58,142 nucleotides of DNA, taken from contig CAYHFQ010000005.1 of NCBI GenBank assembly GCA_964355955.1, forward strand, positions 1-58,142, read 5' to 3'. The stretch is from an uncultured Gammaproteobacteria bacterium (lineage in GTDB: Bacteria > Patescibacteriota > Patescibacteriia > UBA9934). The position numbers and the translations under genes were made by a program. How positions within the stretch are numbered: the stretch's first letter is position 1; each line of letters starts with the position of its first letter. The notes beneath the pieces are model-generated. The model saw only the letters and a list, made by a program, of their open reading frames with translations. It did not search any database and had not been told where the DNA came from. Of this stretch, positions 9,341 through 16,992 are shown in pieces.

Positions 9341-9766
9341 ATGACGACAATTCTTGCTGCGTTGTTTTTGGTTGGTTGTATGCACAAGGCTCCGAGCACC
9401 ACGTTGGCAGCTGAGCCAGTGGATGCGGTGACAGAGCTGCTGGCGATCGTGGACCGTGGCAACGAACGCTACGGTGATCGGCCATTCGCGGTGCTGATGG
9501 TGGCGACCAATTCCGTCGACGCAGGGACTGATGAGTGGCGGAGCTGCGAACAGTTCAAGCCGACGGAGCTTGGGGTGCCGCGGAGCACCATCGTCGTCTT
9601 GTACGACGAGAGCGAGCGCTATTGCGGCGATCACCCGCATGACTACCCGGTACTCTTGTTGCTCGTTGGGCCTGTTGGCTTGGAGAAGAAGCTGGTGGAT
9701 CCGACCTACCACGGTGAAGAAATGTCAGTCGAGCTGATTGGCGGCTACATCATCGGTAGCGAGTAG
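9341..9766 (+). CDS. putative lipoprotein
   Basis: N-terminus MTTILAALFLVGC has a lipobox-like LVGC. The gene is followed by a hairpin plus T-run. Confidence 0.6.
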   Translation: MTTILAALFLVGCMHKAPSTTLAAEPVDAVTELLAIVDRGNERYGDRPFAVLMVATNSVDAGTDEWRSCEQFKPTELGVPRSTIVVLYDESERYCGDHPHDYPVLLLLVGPVGLEKKLVDPTYHGEEMSVELIGGYIIGSE

Positions 9767-9790
9767 CGACGAGTATCTCTTGGGACTTCT

Positions 9791-9829
9791 GGCACATCTG
9801 GGCGTGGCTCGGGTGTGCCGCATTTTTTG
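9791..9829 (+). terminator. intrinsic terminator
   Basis: GGCACA...TGTGCC hairpin followed by CATTTTTT. Confidence 0.6.
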
Positions 9830-9885
9830 TAAAAGAAGGCCCGCTGCCGACACGAGGTCGACTGCGGGCGGAGAGATGCGGTTTG

Positions 9886-10524
9886 CTAGCCCATGCTACT
9901 TGAACCAACATCAGTGAGGGGTCTTTTGGGCGATGGGGGATTCGGGTGAGGCGTGAGTAGCCAGCGTTTGTAGGTGGCGAGGGTGTTCGACAGTTCTGGT
10001 ACTCCCCAGGTTGTCAGTGTGTTGACTCGATCAGCGGTAGCCATACGAGTGCTGAGGCTGGCGATCCAGTTGCCGTGGCTCACGCAATGAACGTTGCCGC
10101 CAGCTTGTTCGATGGCGACGACGAGGTCTTGCTGATGGGCGAAGGTGTGGATCAGCTGAGCTTGCCAGGTCTCACGGGCAAATTCTTTGGCAGTGAGGAG
10201 CATGGCGGTGTAGACGTTGGTCTTGAAGTACTTGTCCTCGAGCCAGAACCGACCGATCCTAACTTCTGGTACCGGGCAGAAGAGAACGTCGATCCGTACC
10301 AGTTGCAGCCAACCAATGATCTGGAGGTCGCAATTATCAAGCGTGGCGTAGGCGACGATGATGCGACTGTTGCCGCCAAAGGCAGAGGCAACGGCGGCTG
10401 GTGTGCTCGTGCCACATTGGGCATGATCTTCGCGATCGACTAGTTCTTCGAGGACACGAATGCCCTGAGCACTGCGGCCTTGAGCGTTATAATCTTGCAT
10501 GATGCCGGTAAGAAAGCTGCTCAT
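9886..10524 (-). CDS. hypothetical protein (212 aa)
   Basis: This is the 3' part of ORF 9886..10950(-), starting at ATG 10524 (MSSFLTGIMQDY). The upstream part of that ORF overlaps the terminator and the PRTase gene in another frame and is not credible. Confidence 0.55.
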   Translation of the reverse strand: MSSFLTGIMQDYNAQGRSAQGIRVLEELVDREDHAQCGTSTPAAVASAFGGNSRIIVAYATLDNCDLQIIGWLQLVRIDVLFCPVPEVRIGRFWLEDKYFKTNVYTAMLLTAKEFARETWQAQLIHTFAHQQDLVVAIEQAGGNVHCVSHGNWIASLSTRMATADRVNTLTTWGVPELSNTLATYKRWLLTPHPNPPSPKRPLTDVGSSSMG

Positions 10525-10606
10525 GAGAGTCTCCGTGGAATTGGCTTGGGTTGTTACTAGCGGACTGCTAGCTGGTGCAATGTGCCAGAAATGCCAGTTT
10601 TTAGCA

Positions 10607-10682
10607 ATAAAACAGAAGCACCCGACACGAGCAGCTTCCGTCGATGCCTGGAGGCATCGGAGAAGACTGCAAGTGCGGGTGC
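10607..10682 (-). terminator. long-hairpin intrinsic terminator (module shared with 12013..12087)
   Basis: Minus-sense GCACCCGCAC...GACGGAAGCUGCUCGUGUCGGGUGC followed by UUCUGUUUUAUU. The 3' arm is identical to the copy at 12 kb. Confidence 0.65.
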
Positions 10683-10702
10683 GGAGAACGGTAGGGAACT
10701 CG

Positions 10703-11407
10703 CTACGGCGTAGGACGAGGGTACTCGGGGTGGTTGTCCAGGAAGGCTCGACCCTTGCCGACAGTGGTGTTGATGGGCACGCCGCCGGCGCAGAGCGGGC
10801 AGTCGGCCGGTTCCCAAGCGTCCAGGGTGGCGTTGACGAGGGCTTCGAGCCTGGGCACGTTGCCCAGTTTTTCCACCGTGACTTGGCCACGGTTGCAGAG
10901 GACACCGACGCCGATGACTTCGCAGCCGTGAAGACGGGCTGCTTCAACAACTTTGCGAGCTGAGCCGCCGCTGTTCACGATGTCTTCTACGACGAGGCCC
11001 CGTTTGCCCTTGATGAGCTCTCCGTAGCCGCGGTTGAAGGTGAACTCGCCGGTTTCGGCGAAGCACTTGCGTTTGCCGCCACTGGGGTCGTCGATGTTGA
11101 CCACTTCCTTCTCGGCGTAGACACTGAGAATTTGGCGGTAGGTCAACTTGATCAGGAAGTAGGCGACCCACTGGCCGAGAATGATGGCACCGACGCCTGG
11201 GGCGATGACGACGTCGATCTGTTCGGTCAGGAAGCGCTTGGCAATCTGCCTGGCCATGAAGGCGGTTTGCAGCGGGTGAGGGTAGAGGCCGTCTTTGTTG
11301 ACGTAGACTCCACCATGTTTGCCAGCTGTGTAGACGACGTGGCTGCCGGTGATGATGGCGTTGAGCAGACGGAGCCGTTGCTCGATTTCTTTTTCGGATG
11401 TGCCCAT
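10703..11407 (-). CDS. phosphoribosyltransferase (orotate/purine PRTase-like)
   Basis: PRPP-binding motif GLVVEDIVNSGGS. 234 aa with a C-terminal CPLC. Confidence 0.75.
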   Translation of the reverse strand: MGTSEKEIEQRLRLLNAIITGSHVVYTAGKHGGVYVNKDGLYPHPLQTAFMARQIAKRFLTEQIDVVIAPGVGAIILGQWVAYFLIKLTYRQILSVYAEKEVVNIDDPSGGKRKCFAETGEFTFNRGYGELIKGKRGLVVEDIVNSGGSARKVVEAARLHGCEVIGVGVLCNRGQVTVEKLGNVPRLEALVNATLDAWEPADCPLCAGGVPINTTVGKGRAFLDNHPEYPRPTP

Positions 11408-11488
11408 TGGGTGTTCCTGCTGTGGCGGGTGGTTGTCCGCGGAATGCAGACGCGGGTAATGTGCCAGAAATACTTAGTTTTAGCAATG

Positions 11489-11522
11489 AAAAGACGCTCG
11501 GCGGGAGGCTGAGCGTCTTTTT
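11489..11522 (-). terminator. intrinsic terminator (symmetric hairpin)
   Basis: AAAAGACGCTC-loop-GAGCGTCTTTT lies directly after the stop of 11537..11941. Confidence 0.65.
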
Positions 11523-11536
11523 GGGGGAGGTGATGG

Positions 11537-11941
11537 CTATTTGGTTTTAGCCTTCTTTTCCATTTGATAGTAGTAGAAAAGGGCTAGTGGAGCGGCCCAG
11601 TTAGCAGCGCGTTCAATGAAATCGAGCCAGCTGAGGCCGACGAGTGGGCGGACGAGAGCTGTCCAGAAGCCCCAGAAGGCCATCCAGAGAAGGAGAGGGC
11701 GAACTGGTCGGACGAGCACGATGATAGCTAGAGTGACGTCGAGGATGCCGATGATGAGGAGGAGCGAGGTGGCCGTTGCGACGTCGACGTTGATCATTTG
11801 ACTGATCCAGGTGACCCAATCTTTCTTACCTTCGATAGCGAGTAAGCCGTGGCCGATGAATTCGCCGGCGACGCCAAGGCGGAGTAGCCACTCGATTTTT
11901 TTGGTGGTGGTGAACATAGAGATAAAAATTATTAGCACCAT
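11537..11941 (-). CDS. small multi-pass membrane protein (DoxX-like, tentative)
   Basis: 134 aa with four hydrophobic segments. The family assignment rests only on overall pattern. Confidence 0.6.
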   Translation of the reverse strand: MVLIIFISMFTTTKKIEWLLRLGVAGEFIGHGLLAIEGKKDWVTWISQMINVDVATATSLLLIIGILDVTLAIIVLVRPVRPLLLWMAFWGFWTALVRPLVGLSWLDFIERAANWAAPLALFYYYQMEKKAKTK

Positions 11942-11967
11942 TATCTCTCCAATGTATTTATTAAGCT

Positions 11968-12012
11968 AGTGGATAAGCGGTCTACGTCAAAGGTATACGT
12001 TTGAGGTAGACC
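11968..12012. promoter_or_regulatory. DnaA-box-like 9-mer plus 17-bp-arm palindrome (copy 1 of 2)
   Basis: AGTGGATAAGC GGTCTACGTCAAAGGTA TACGTTTGAGGTAGACC AAAA. It has the same architecture as 28388..28432. Confidence 0.5.
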
Positions 12013-12087
12013 AAAAACAGAAGCACCCGACACGAGCAGCTTCCGTCGACCTCCGGAGAGAGTCGTTGGTTGCTGTCGTGCGGGTGC
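12013..12087 (-). terminator. long-hairpin intrinsic terminator (module shared with 10607..10682)
   Basis: Minus-sense GCACCCGCACGACAGC...GACGGAAGCUGCUCGUGUCGGGUGC followed by UUCUGUUUUUGG. Confidence 0.65.
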
Positions 12088-12132
12088 AGATCCCAACAGT
12101 AGAGAGCGAGCTCTCACTGTGGGATTAGGCGC

Positions 12133-12750
12133 CTACTGACCAGAGCCCTGGTCGTGAAGGTCGCCGAGGTCGACGATGTCTGAGGTGGTATCGGGCGAGT
12201 AGGTCTCGCAGATGGGTTCGCTGTAGTGCTTCTGGTTGTTCTCGTCGTTGCCGTCGATGGGCTTGACAGTGGGGATTTCGACGCCCCGCCACCAGTGCTT
12301 GTTGTGGTTCTGGTCTTCACTGGAAGCGATGGCCACACAACCCGAAGTGCTGAGGTCGACCCAGTAGGGCTGGTTCCGCGGCAGGCCGTCGTCGATGCTG
12401 TCGCCGAGGTCGGGCGGGTGCTCGCTCTGCTCGCCGATGTGGTACCGGCAGAAGCACGGGCCGAGCTCCACGAGGTAGTTGATGGCCATGTTGAAGTCGG
12501 TGGGCGGGTTGAGCGGGATGTTGGGCTTGACCCAGTACTCGCCGACCAGGGTGGTGCGCCGAGTGTCAGCCCAGACGCTGGCCAGGGTGTCGGGTGTGAT
12601 CTCGACGAGGCTGCCCGGGACGTAGGCCTTCTTCCAGGCGTCCGGATTGACGACTGGAGTGGTGACCTCAGGAGCAGCCGTGCTGACCGTGGGGGTTGCA
12701 TTGTTGAACATGCCGCAAGCGGCTAGGAGTGCGAGGAAGGAGAGGAGCAA
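12133..12750 (-). CDS. putative lipoprotein; start codon uncertain
   Basis: PLLLSFLALLAACG is a signal peptide with a lipobox, followed by a 190-aa mature part. A terminator and promoter-like sequence at 12800-12890 argue against the long 324-aa ORF-track version. TTG 12750 is proposed as the start, with ATC 12768 as an alternative. Confidence 0.55.
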   Translation of the reverse strand: MLLSFLALLAACGMFNNATPTVSTAAPEVTTPVVNPDAWKKAYVPGSLVEITPDTLASVWADTRRTTLVGEYWVKPNIPLNPPTDFNMAINYLVELGPCFCRYHIGEQSEHPPDLGDSIDDGLPRNQPYWVDLSTSGCVAIASSEDQNHNKHWWRGVEIPTVKPIDGNDENNQKHYSEPICETYSPDTTSDIVDLGDLHDQGSGQ

Positions 12751-12851
12751 GGGCTTCTCGGGTGTGATGGCGCTGGCACGCCGTGGTGAAACCAGGCGAA
12801 AAAGGTAGCAGAAGCGGCCGTTTTGGTCAAACTTTGGACCTGGATGTAGCA

Positions 12852-12890
12852 GAAAAAAAGAAGCGGGAGCCTCGCGCGAACGAGACTCCC
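12852..12890 (-). terminator. intrinsic terminator
   Basis: Minus-sense GGGAGUCUCG-UUCGCG-CGAGGCUCCC followed by GCUUCUUUUUUU. Confidence 0.65.
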
Positions 12891-12952
12891 TGGAGGCCCA
12901 GCAGTAGACAGTCGGACTGTCACTGCGGGCTGAAGGACGAGGTGGCGACGGG

Positions 12953-13207
12953 CTAGCAGTGCCAGCCGTTTTTGACGCGGCGGATGGCGCGGCGGTCGAG
13001 ACGGACGTTGACGTAGCGCGCATAGCGACCGCTACCGTACTTGTGGTCGTACTTGAGCCACCAGCCGTCTGGCCGCTTCGGCTGCCGACGTAGCCTGTAG
13101 TTTTCAAGCTGATTGCGTTTGGCTTGTGGGTGCAGGGGGTTGATGTAGGGGTTGGGTTTCTTGGTCACTTGCTCTTCTCCTGTGGTTGAGCGGCTAGACT
13201 GTAGCAA
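12953..13207 (-). CDS. small basic hypothetical protein (84 aa or shorter)
   Basis: R/K/W-rich ORF (KRPDGWWLKYDHKYGSGRYARYVNVRLDRRAIRR), followed by a terminator. Confidence 0.45.
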   Translation of the reverse strand: MLQSSRSTTGEEQVTKKPNPYINPLHPQAKRNQLENYRLRRQPKRPDGWWLKYDHKYGSGRYARYVNVRLDRRAIRRVKNGWHC

Positions 13208-13231
13208 GGATGGGGTTTGGATGCAAAAATA

Positions 13232-13843
13232 TTAGGATAGTGGTTGATAGGCAGCTAAAAGATTGTAATCAAAGCGCCAGGTGACGAAGGGGGAGAGATG
13301 GTGAGAAAAAGCGGTGAAAAATTCGACTGTTTCAAAAGCGTTGAGGAGACAAAAGCCGGAGGGGGAGAGGTGAGAAGCGATGGTGGCCACGAAAGAGTCG
13401 TCGAGGAGACGAGGCTCGGGGAGGCCGCCGGTGAAGAGGTCGACGAGGATGAGGTTGAAGGATTGGGAGAGTTGGGGGACGGCGAGCACGGCGTCGCCCT
13501 CGATGATAGTGACAGGGAAATGAGGCTGGCAATAACGATTGAAAAGTAGGACCATGCTGGGATCCCATTCGATGACGGTGATTTTGCAATTAGGAAAGCG
13601 GTCGTAGAGTTCGTTGATGGCGACGCCGCCAGCTAGGCCGAGCATGAGAATTTGTGATGCTTGAAAATCTGGTGGAAGTTGACGGAGGGCACTGCGCCAG
13701 AGTTGGCGAGCATAGTCGTCTGACTGACCGTAGCCGTCGACGTAGACTTCTGGCTGCCCGGCCGCTAAACGAAATTCGATGAGGCCGTTTTGAGCAGAAG
13801 AAATGTTGGTCCAGGCGGAGGTCATAATGATTATAGTATACAA
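13232..13843 (-). CDS. class I SAM-dependent methyltransferase / spermidine synthase-like protein
   Basis: ILMLGLAGG glycine-rich motif, VIEWDP acidic loop, and IIEGDA. Confidence 0.65.
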   Translation of the reverse strand: MYTIIIMTSAWTNISSAQNGLIEFRLAAGQPEVYVDGYGQSDDYARQLWRSALRQLPPDFQASQILMLGLAGGVAINELYDRFPNCKITVIEWDPSMVLLFNRYCQPHFPVTIIEGDAVLAVPQLSQSFNLILVDLFTGGLPEPRLLDDSFVATIASHLSPSGFCLLNAFETVEFFTAFSHHLSPFVTWRFDYNLLAAYQPLS

Positions 13844-13849
13844 GGATTA

Positions 13850-13883
13850 GTGAAACCAAACACCCTCACGAGGCGCGAGGGTG
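13850..13883 (-). terminator. intrinsic terminator
   Basis: Minus-sense CACCCUC-loop-GAGGGUG followed by UUUGGUUU, directly after the stop at 13901. Confidence 0.55.
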
Positions 13884-13900
13884 TGGGTTGGTCCCGGGAG

Positions 13901-14314
13901 CTAGGCGATAAGTGATAAATCACCATTAATGACAATGGGATTCATAGCTTCTATTTCTGATTGATAGTAGTCGATGGTGGGGATTGGGTTTAGGAGAAAG
14001 ATTTTGAGATTAAGAACGTGGGCTAGGCCCATTTCCATTAAGGTATTGCCACCAATGTAGTTATCGATACCGCGTTTGGTGTAGTTGAGTACTAGGACAG
14101 CATCGACGTTATGGAGTTTGGCGAAGTCGACACGCATGGCGTCATCCGTAGCTTTTTCCGCAATGGCTTGAGCTTCACTTTCGGTGGCAGTTTTACCGAG
14201 GTGATTAGCGACGAAGCTCGAAATCATGACTTGATGACCAAGCTGCTCGAGGGCTTGCTGCTGTTCCAGCATCTGCTGCGCAAAGGTCATGCTACCGAGG
14301 ATCATGAGGCGCAT
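13901..14314 (-). CDS. nucleoside 2-deoxyribosyltransferase-like small protein (paralog 1)
   Basis: 137 aa with the pattern ILGSMTF...DAVLVLNYTKRGIDNYIGGNTLMEMGLA..LKIFLLNPIP. This is a Rossmann-like NDT/DNPH1-type layout. The family assignment is by pattern only. Confidence 0.55.
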   Translation of the reverse strand: MRLMILGSMTFAQQMLEQQQALEQLGHQVMISSFVANHLGKTATESEAQAIAEKATDDAMRVDFAKLHNVDAVLVLNYTKRGIDNYIGGNTLMEMGLAHVLNLKIFLLNPIPTIDYYQSEIEAMNPIVINGDLSLIA

Positions 14315-14667
14315 ATCTGTTGCAGGTTACCGTTGATGATGATTGGATTCATGCCGACTATTTCCTCGAAGTAGGAGATTTGCGGGATGGGGTTGAGTAA
14401 AAAGATTGGTTTGCGGAGATAGAAGGCGATGGCCATTTCGATCAGCGTACTCGGGCCGATGTAATTTTCAACTCCATTCTTGGTGTAGTTAGCGACGACG
14501 ATGGCGTCAGATTGCTCAATCTTGGCGTAATGTTCGTTCATGAGCTGGCCGCGTGGTTTGGCTTCTTGGGTGGGCAGTTGGACGCCATGACCGAGGACTT
14601 CTAACTGCTCACACAGCGTATTCATCTCGCGGATGAAAGTGATGGAGCCGCAGAGAGTGAGGTTCAT
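14302..14667 (-). CDS. nucleoside 2-deoxyribosyltransferase-like small protein (paralog 2)
   Basis: LCGSITF...DAIVVANYTKNGVENYIGPSTLIEMAIA..KPIFLLNPIP, clearly paralogous to 13901..14314. Its ATG at 14667 overlaps the upstream TGA stop in an ATGA arrangement. Confidence 0.55.
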   Translation of the reverse strand: MNLTLCGSITFIREMNTLCEQLEVLGHGVQLPTQEAKPRGQLMNEHYAKIEQSDAIVVANYTKNGVENYIGPSTLIEMAIAFYLRKPIFLLNPIPQISYFEEIVGMNPIIINGNLQQICAS

Positions 14668-15365
14668 ATTAGCCCACCTTTTAATAGACGAAAATCTTTG
14701 TCCGTTTCCCAAATTTTAACCAATTCTTCAAAATTTTCGTCAGGGTTTTGCATGAGCTTAGCAAGATGGTCAATTTTTTTGAGCTCTTCGGCAGTGAGAC
14801 TGTCGAACTTTTTTGGGTCACCAAAGATTGAACCGTGAAAATAAATAATTTCATTATTCATTAACGAATGGAAGTCGTAAAAAAGTGACCAAATTACTAC
14901 AACCTTTCCGTTAACTCCGGCAGCGTTATAAAAATGTTGCGGATCAATTTTTCCGGCGCGAATATTAAGCCATGCGTCGGCAGGCAAATCGAATTTTCCG
15001 TCCGGAATATCGTAAGGATCGAATTGATCTTTTAAACTTAAACTTCCGTCAACATCAATAGTTATCCAGCGATTTTCTTGCTGGTTCCAATATTGGTTTA
15101 TCCAATGGTCAGTACTAACATCTCCTAATTTACCTAGGTCGAAATATGGGGCATTGCCAGAGCGAACCCGCGTCGGAATACCTTTTGATTTTAAAATACT
15201 GGCCATTATTATAGCGGTAAAACGACAGGTTAAGACTAACTTATCTTCTGGTGCCCGGTCATTTATAAGACCTCTTTCATCTCGCCGATAAAGCTCCGCT
15301 AGCATGGCGGCAGCGGTAACTAGGTTATCGTCTTCAGGTTGTCGCCACCAAGGAACTTGAGTCAT
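14664..15365 (-). CDS. transglutaminase-like cysteine protease-fold protein; the true N-terminus probably lies upstream (frame open to 15566 with no ATG/GTG/TTG)
   Basis: CRFTAIIMASILKSKGIPTRVRSG (Cys), DHWINQYW (His) and RWITIDVD (Asp). The frame stays open for 67 more codons upstream, and these look like genuine protein (ILKHYLDFSTFTYPGLYQEKLKNDLPDNIREIGLLVRKNLIH). Confidence 0.7.
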   Translation of the reverse strand: MTQVPWWRQPEDDNLVTAAAMLAELYRRDERGLINDRAPEDKLVLTCRFTAIIMASILKSKGIPTRVRSGNAPYFDLGKLGDVSTDHWINQYWNQQENRWITIDVDGSLSLKDQFDPYDIPDGKFDLPADAWLNIRAGKIDPQHFYNAAGVNGKVVVIWSLFYDFHSLMNNEIIYFHGSIFGDPKKFDSLTAEELKKIDHLAKLMQNPDENFEELVKIWETDKDFRLLKGGLI

Positions 15366-15617
15366 GTCGCCGAACCTTAAATCGGCGTTCGTTCCAACGT
15401 TTCCAGCGGCGAGAGTGGTTCGATGAATAAGATTTTTTCGAACTAGTAGACCGATTTCTCGAATGTTATCAGGTAAATCATTTTTTAACTTTTCTTGGTA
15501 AAGACCGGGGTAGGTGAATGTACTAAAGTCGAGATAATGTTTGAGGATATTATTATTTATATTTATTTAAATATTTTATCCTGTAGATTTTTTTAGTATA
15601 ACATGAGAATTACCGTT

Positions 15618-16733
15618 TTAGTTCATCTTAAAATGCTTGCTAAGTCTCGGCCCTTGCTGCTTGTAGTAGTTAGAGGCTAAGCGGGGGTCGCCGTAGAGGG
15701 TGAGGGCGGGGGAGGCGAGGCGAGAGTAGACCATTTTACAGATAGGCTGGCCGTCGCGGAGGACAAAGTCGTTGTCGTGGGTGAAGATTTCGAGGACGGC
15801 GGGAGTGCCGCGGACTTCACCGTTTAAGCCGTGGCCGAAGCCAGGGTCAAAGAAGCCGGCGTAGTGGGAACGGAATTCACCTTTGGTCGGGTCGTAAGCC
15901 TCCATTTCTACAGCGTAGTTGCCGGGCACGCGTAAACCTTCTTTGGTGACGAAAATATAAAAGTCGCCTTGCTTCATGACGTACTGACGGTTCTTGGGGC
16001 GGTGAATAGGCTCGAAGAAATCCAGCGCGTCCAAGTCGCGGCGGGAGTAGTCGAGCACGCGACAAGCGGTGGGTGAACATTTGTAGCCGACGATGTCTTC
16101 GCTTGAGAGATCCACGCTCATGGCGATGCCGTTGTAGTCGACCAAGGACATGTCGGCCTTGAGAGCGTTGCTGGAGAGATCGCAGAGTAATTCGCTGCGG
16201 TCGAGGAGGGCGAAGTGTTCCTGACTGGTGAGGCGGGTGTCACTCGTCATGAAGCGCATTTGATTGAGGCGCTCGCCGTGGTTGAGTTTGACGGGGAATG
16301 ATTTGGGGGTGATTTCCAACCAGACTTCACCTTGGTAACCCTTGGGGACGGTGTCAAAACGAGCAGTGCCGTCGACGAGTAAACGGGTTTGTAAGTTGAT
16401 GCGGCCTGAGGAGGATTTGTTGTTGGTGATGGCGTAGACTTGTTCGGGGAGTGAGAGTGTTTGATCGAGGCGAACTAAATAGATGCCGAAGAGTTCGAGC
16501 GGGTGATCGAGTTTGGTTTGGTAGAGAATGCCGTCTTTCAGGATGTCGCGGATGGTTTCGCCGCGGCGTGGGAGGAAAGTGCCACGCATGCGGTAGATTT
16601 CGTCGGACAGCGAAAGATCGAGCGACGAGGGCTGCAAGTGGCTCTCGGCAGCGTTTTTAATATTGCCGTCCGTGATTAGCTGGCGAATATGCTGCATGGC
16701 GAGGCCGCCTGTGATTTGAGACCAGTCTTGCAT
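15618..16733 (-). CDS. dcd: 2'-deoxycytidine 5'-triphosphate deaminase (large DCD family)
   Basis: 371 aa with a duplicated dCTP-deaminase/dUTPase-like beta-barrel pattern (SSLDLSL, NNKSSSGRINL, AGFFDPGFG). Confidence 0.7.
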   Translation of the reverse strand: MQDWSQITGGLAMQHIRQLITDGNIKNAAESHLQPSSLDLSLSDEIYRMRGTFLPRRGETIRDILKDGILYQTKLDHPLELFGIYLVRLDQTLSLPEQVYAITNNKSSSGRINLQTRLLVDGTARFDTVPKGYQGEVWLEITPKSFPVKLNHGERLNQMRFMTSDTRLTSQEHFALLDRSELLCDLSSNALKADMSLVDYNGIAMSVDLSSEDIVGYKCSPTACRVLDYSRRDLDALDFFEPIHRPKNRQYVMKQGDFYIFVTKEGLRVPGNYAVEMEAYDPTKGEFRSHYAGFFDPGFGHGLNGEVRGTPAVLEIFTHDNDFVLRDGQPICKMVYSRLASPALTLYGDPRLASNYYKQQGPRLSKHFKMN

Positions 16734-16762
16734 AATGTTGATTAAGAAAAATTACTATTGAT

Positions 16763-16910
16763 TCGCTCGCAACTGGCAGAGTAGTCCTCTTCCTAGCTGC
16801 ACCTCGTCAACCGTACCGGCTGGCTCACCTCGTCTGACTCGGGGGCCGGTACAGGGCCGAGGTTGGCGTCGTCAGATGACCACCCCGCTAGTTGCTCGCT
16901 CCTAAAGGCC
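16763..16910 (-). repeat. family A structured intergenic element, copy 1 (candidate ncRNA)
   Basis: Conserved blocks TCGCTCGC / TTCCTAGCTGCACCTCGTCAACCG / CACCTCGTCTGACTCGGG / CAGGGCCGAGGTTGGCGTCGTCA. The inner arms GTACCGGC / GCCGGTAC are complementary. The strand is inferred from G-U asymmetry. Confidence 0.7.
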
Positions 16911-16992
16911 TGAGTTGCTGAGAGTAGTTTCGCATGGTTCGAGGTATACGAAAAGGGAAGAAATGGGGTAAACTGTGGGTAACTCTAGGCCT

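Noticed and set aside
10578-10606. Sigma-54 promoter reading of the TGGCAC-containing motif (also at 11459 and 35150)
   Set aside because: The GG and GC elements are not at the TGGCAC-N5-TTGC spacing: TTGC follows TGGCAC after 1 nt, or is absent altogether. I report it only as an unexplained conserved upstream motif.
9886-13107. Long alternative-frame ORFs in the GC-rich block (9886..10950 upstream part, 10944..11486, 12114..12701, 12226..12726, 12133..13107 upstream part)
   Set aside because: They have Pro/Arg/Ser/Thr/Ala-rich low-complexity translations typical of wrong frames in GC-rich DNA. They overlap better-supported genes and cross hairpin terminators.
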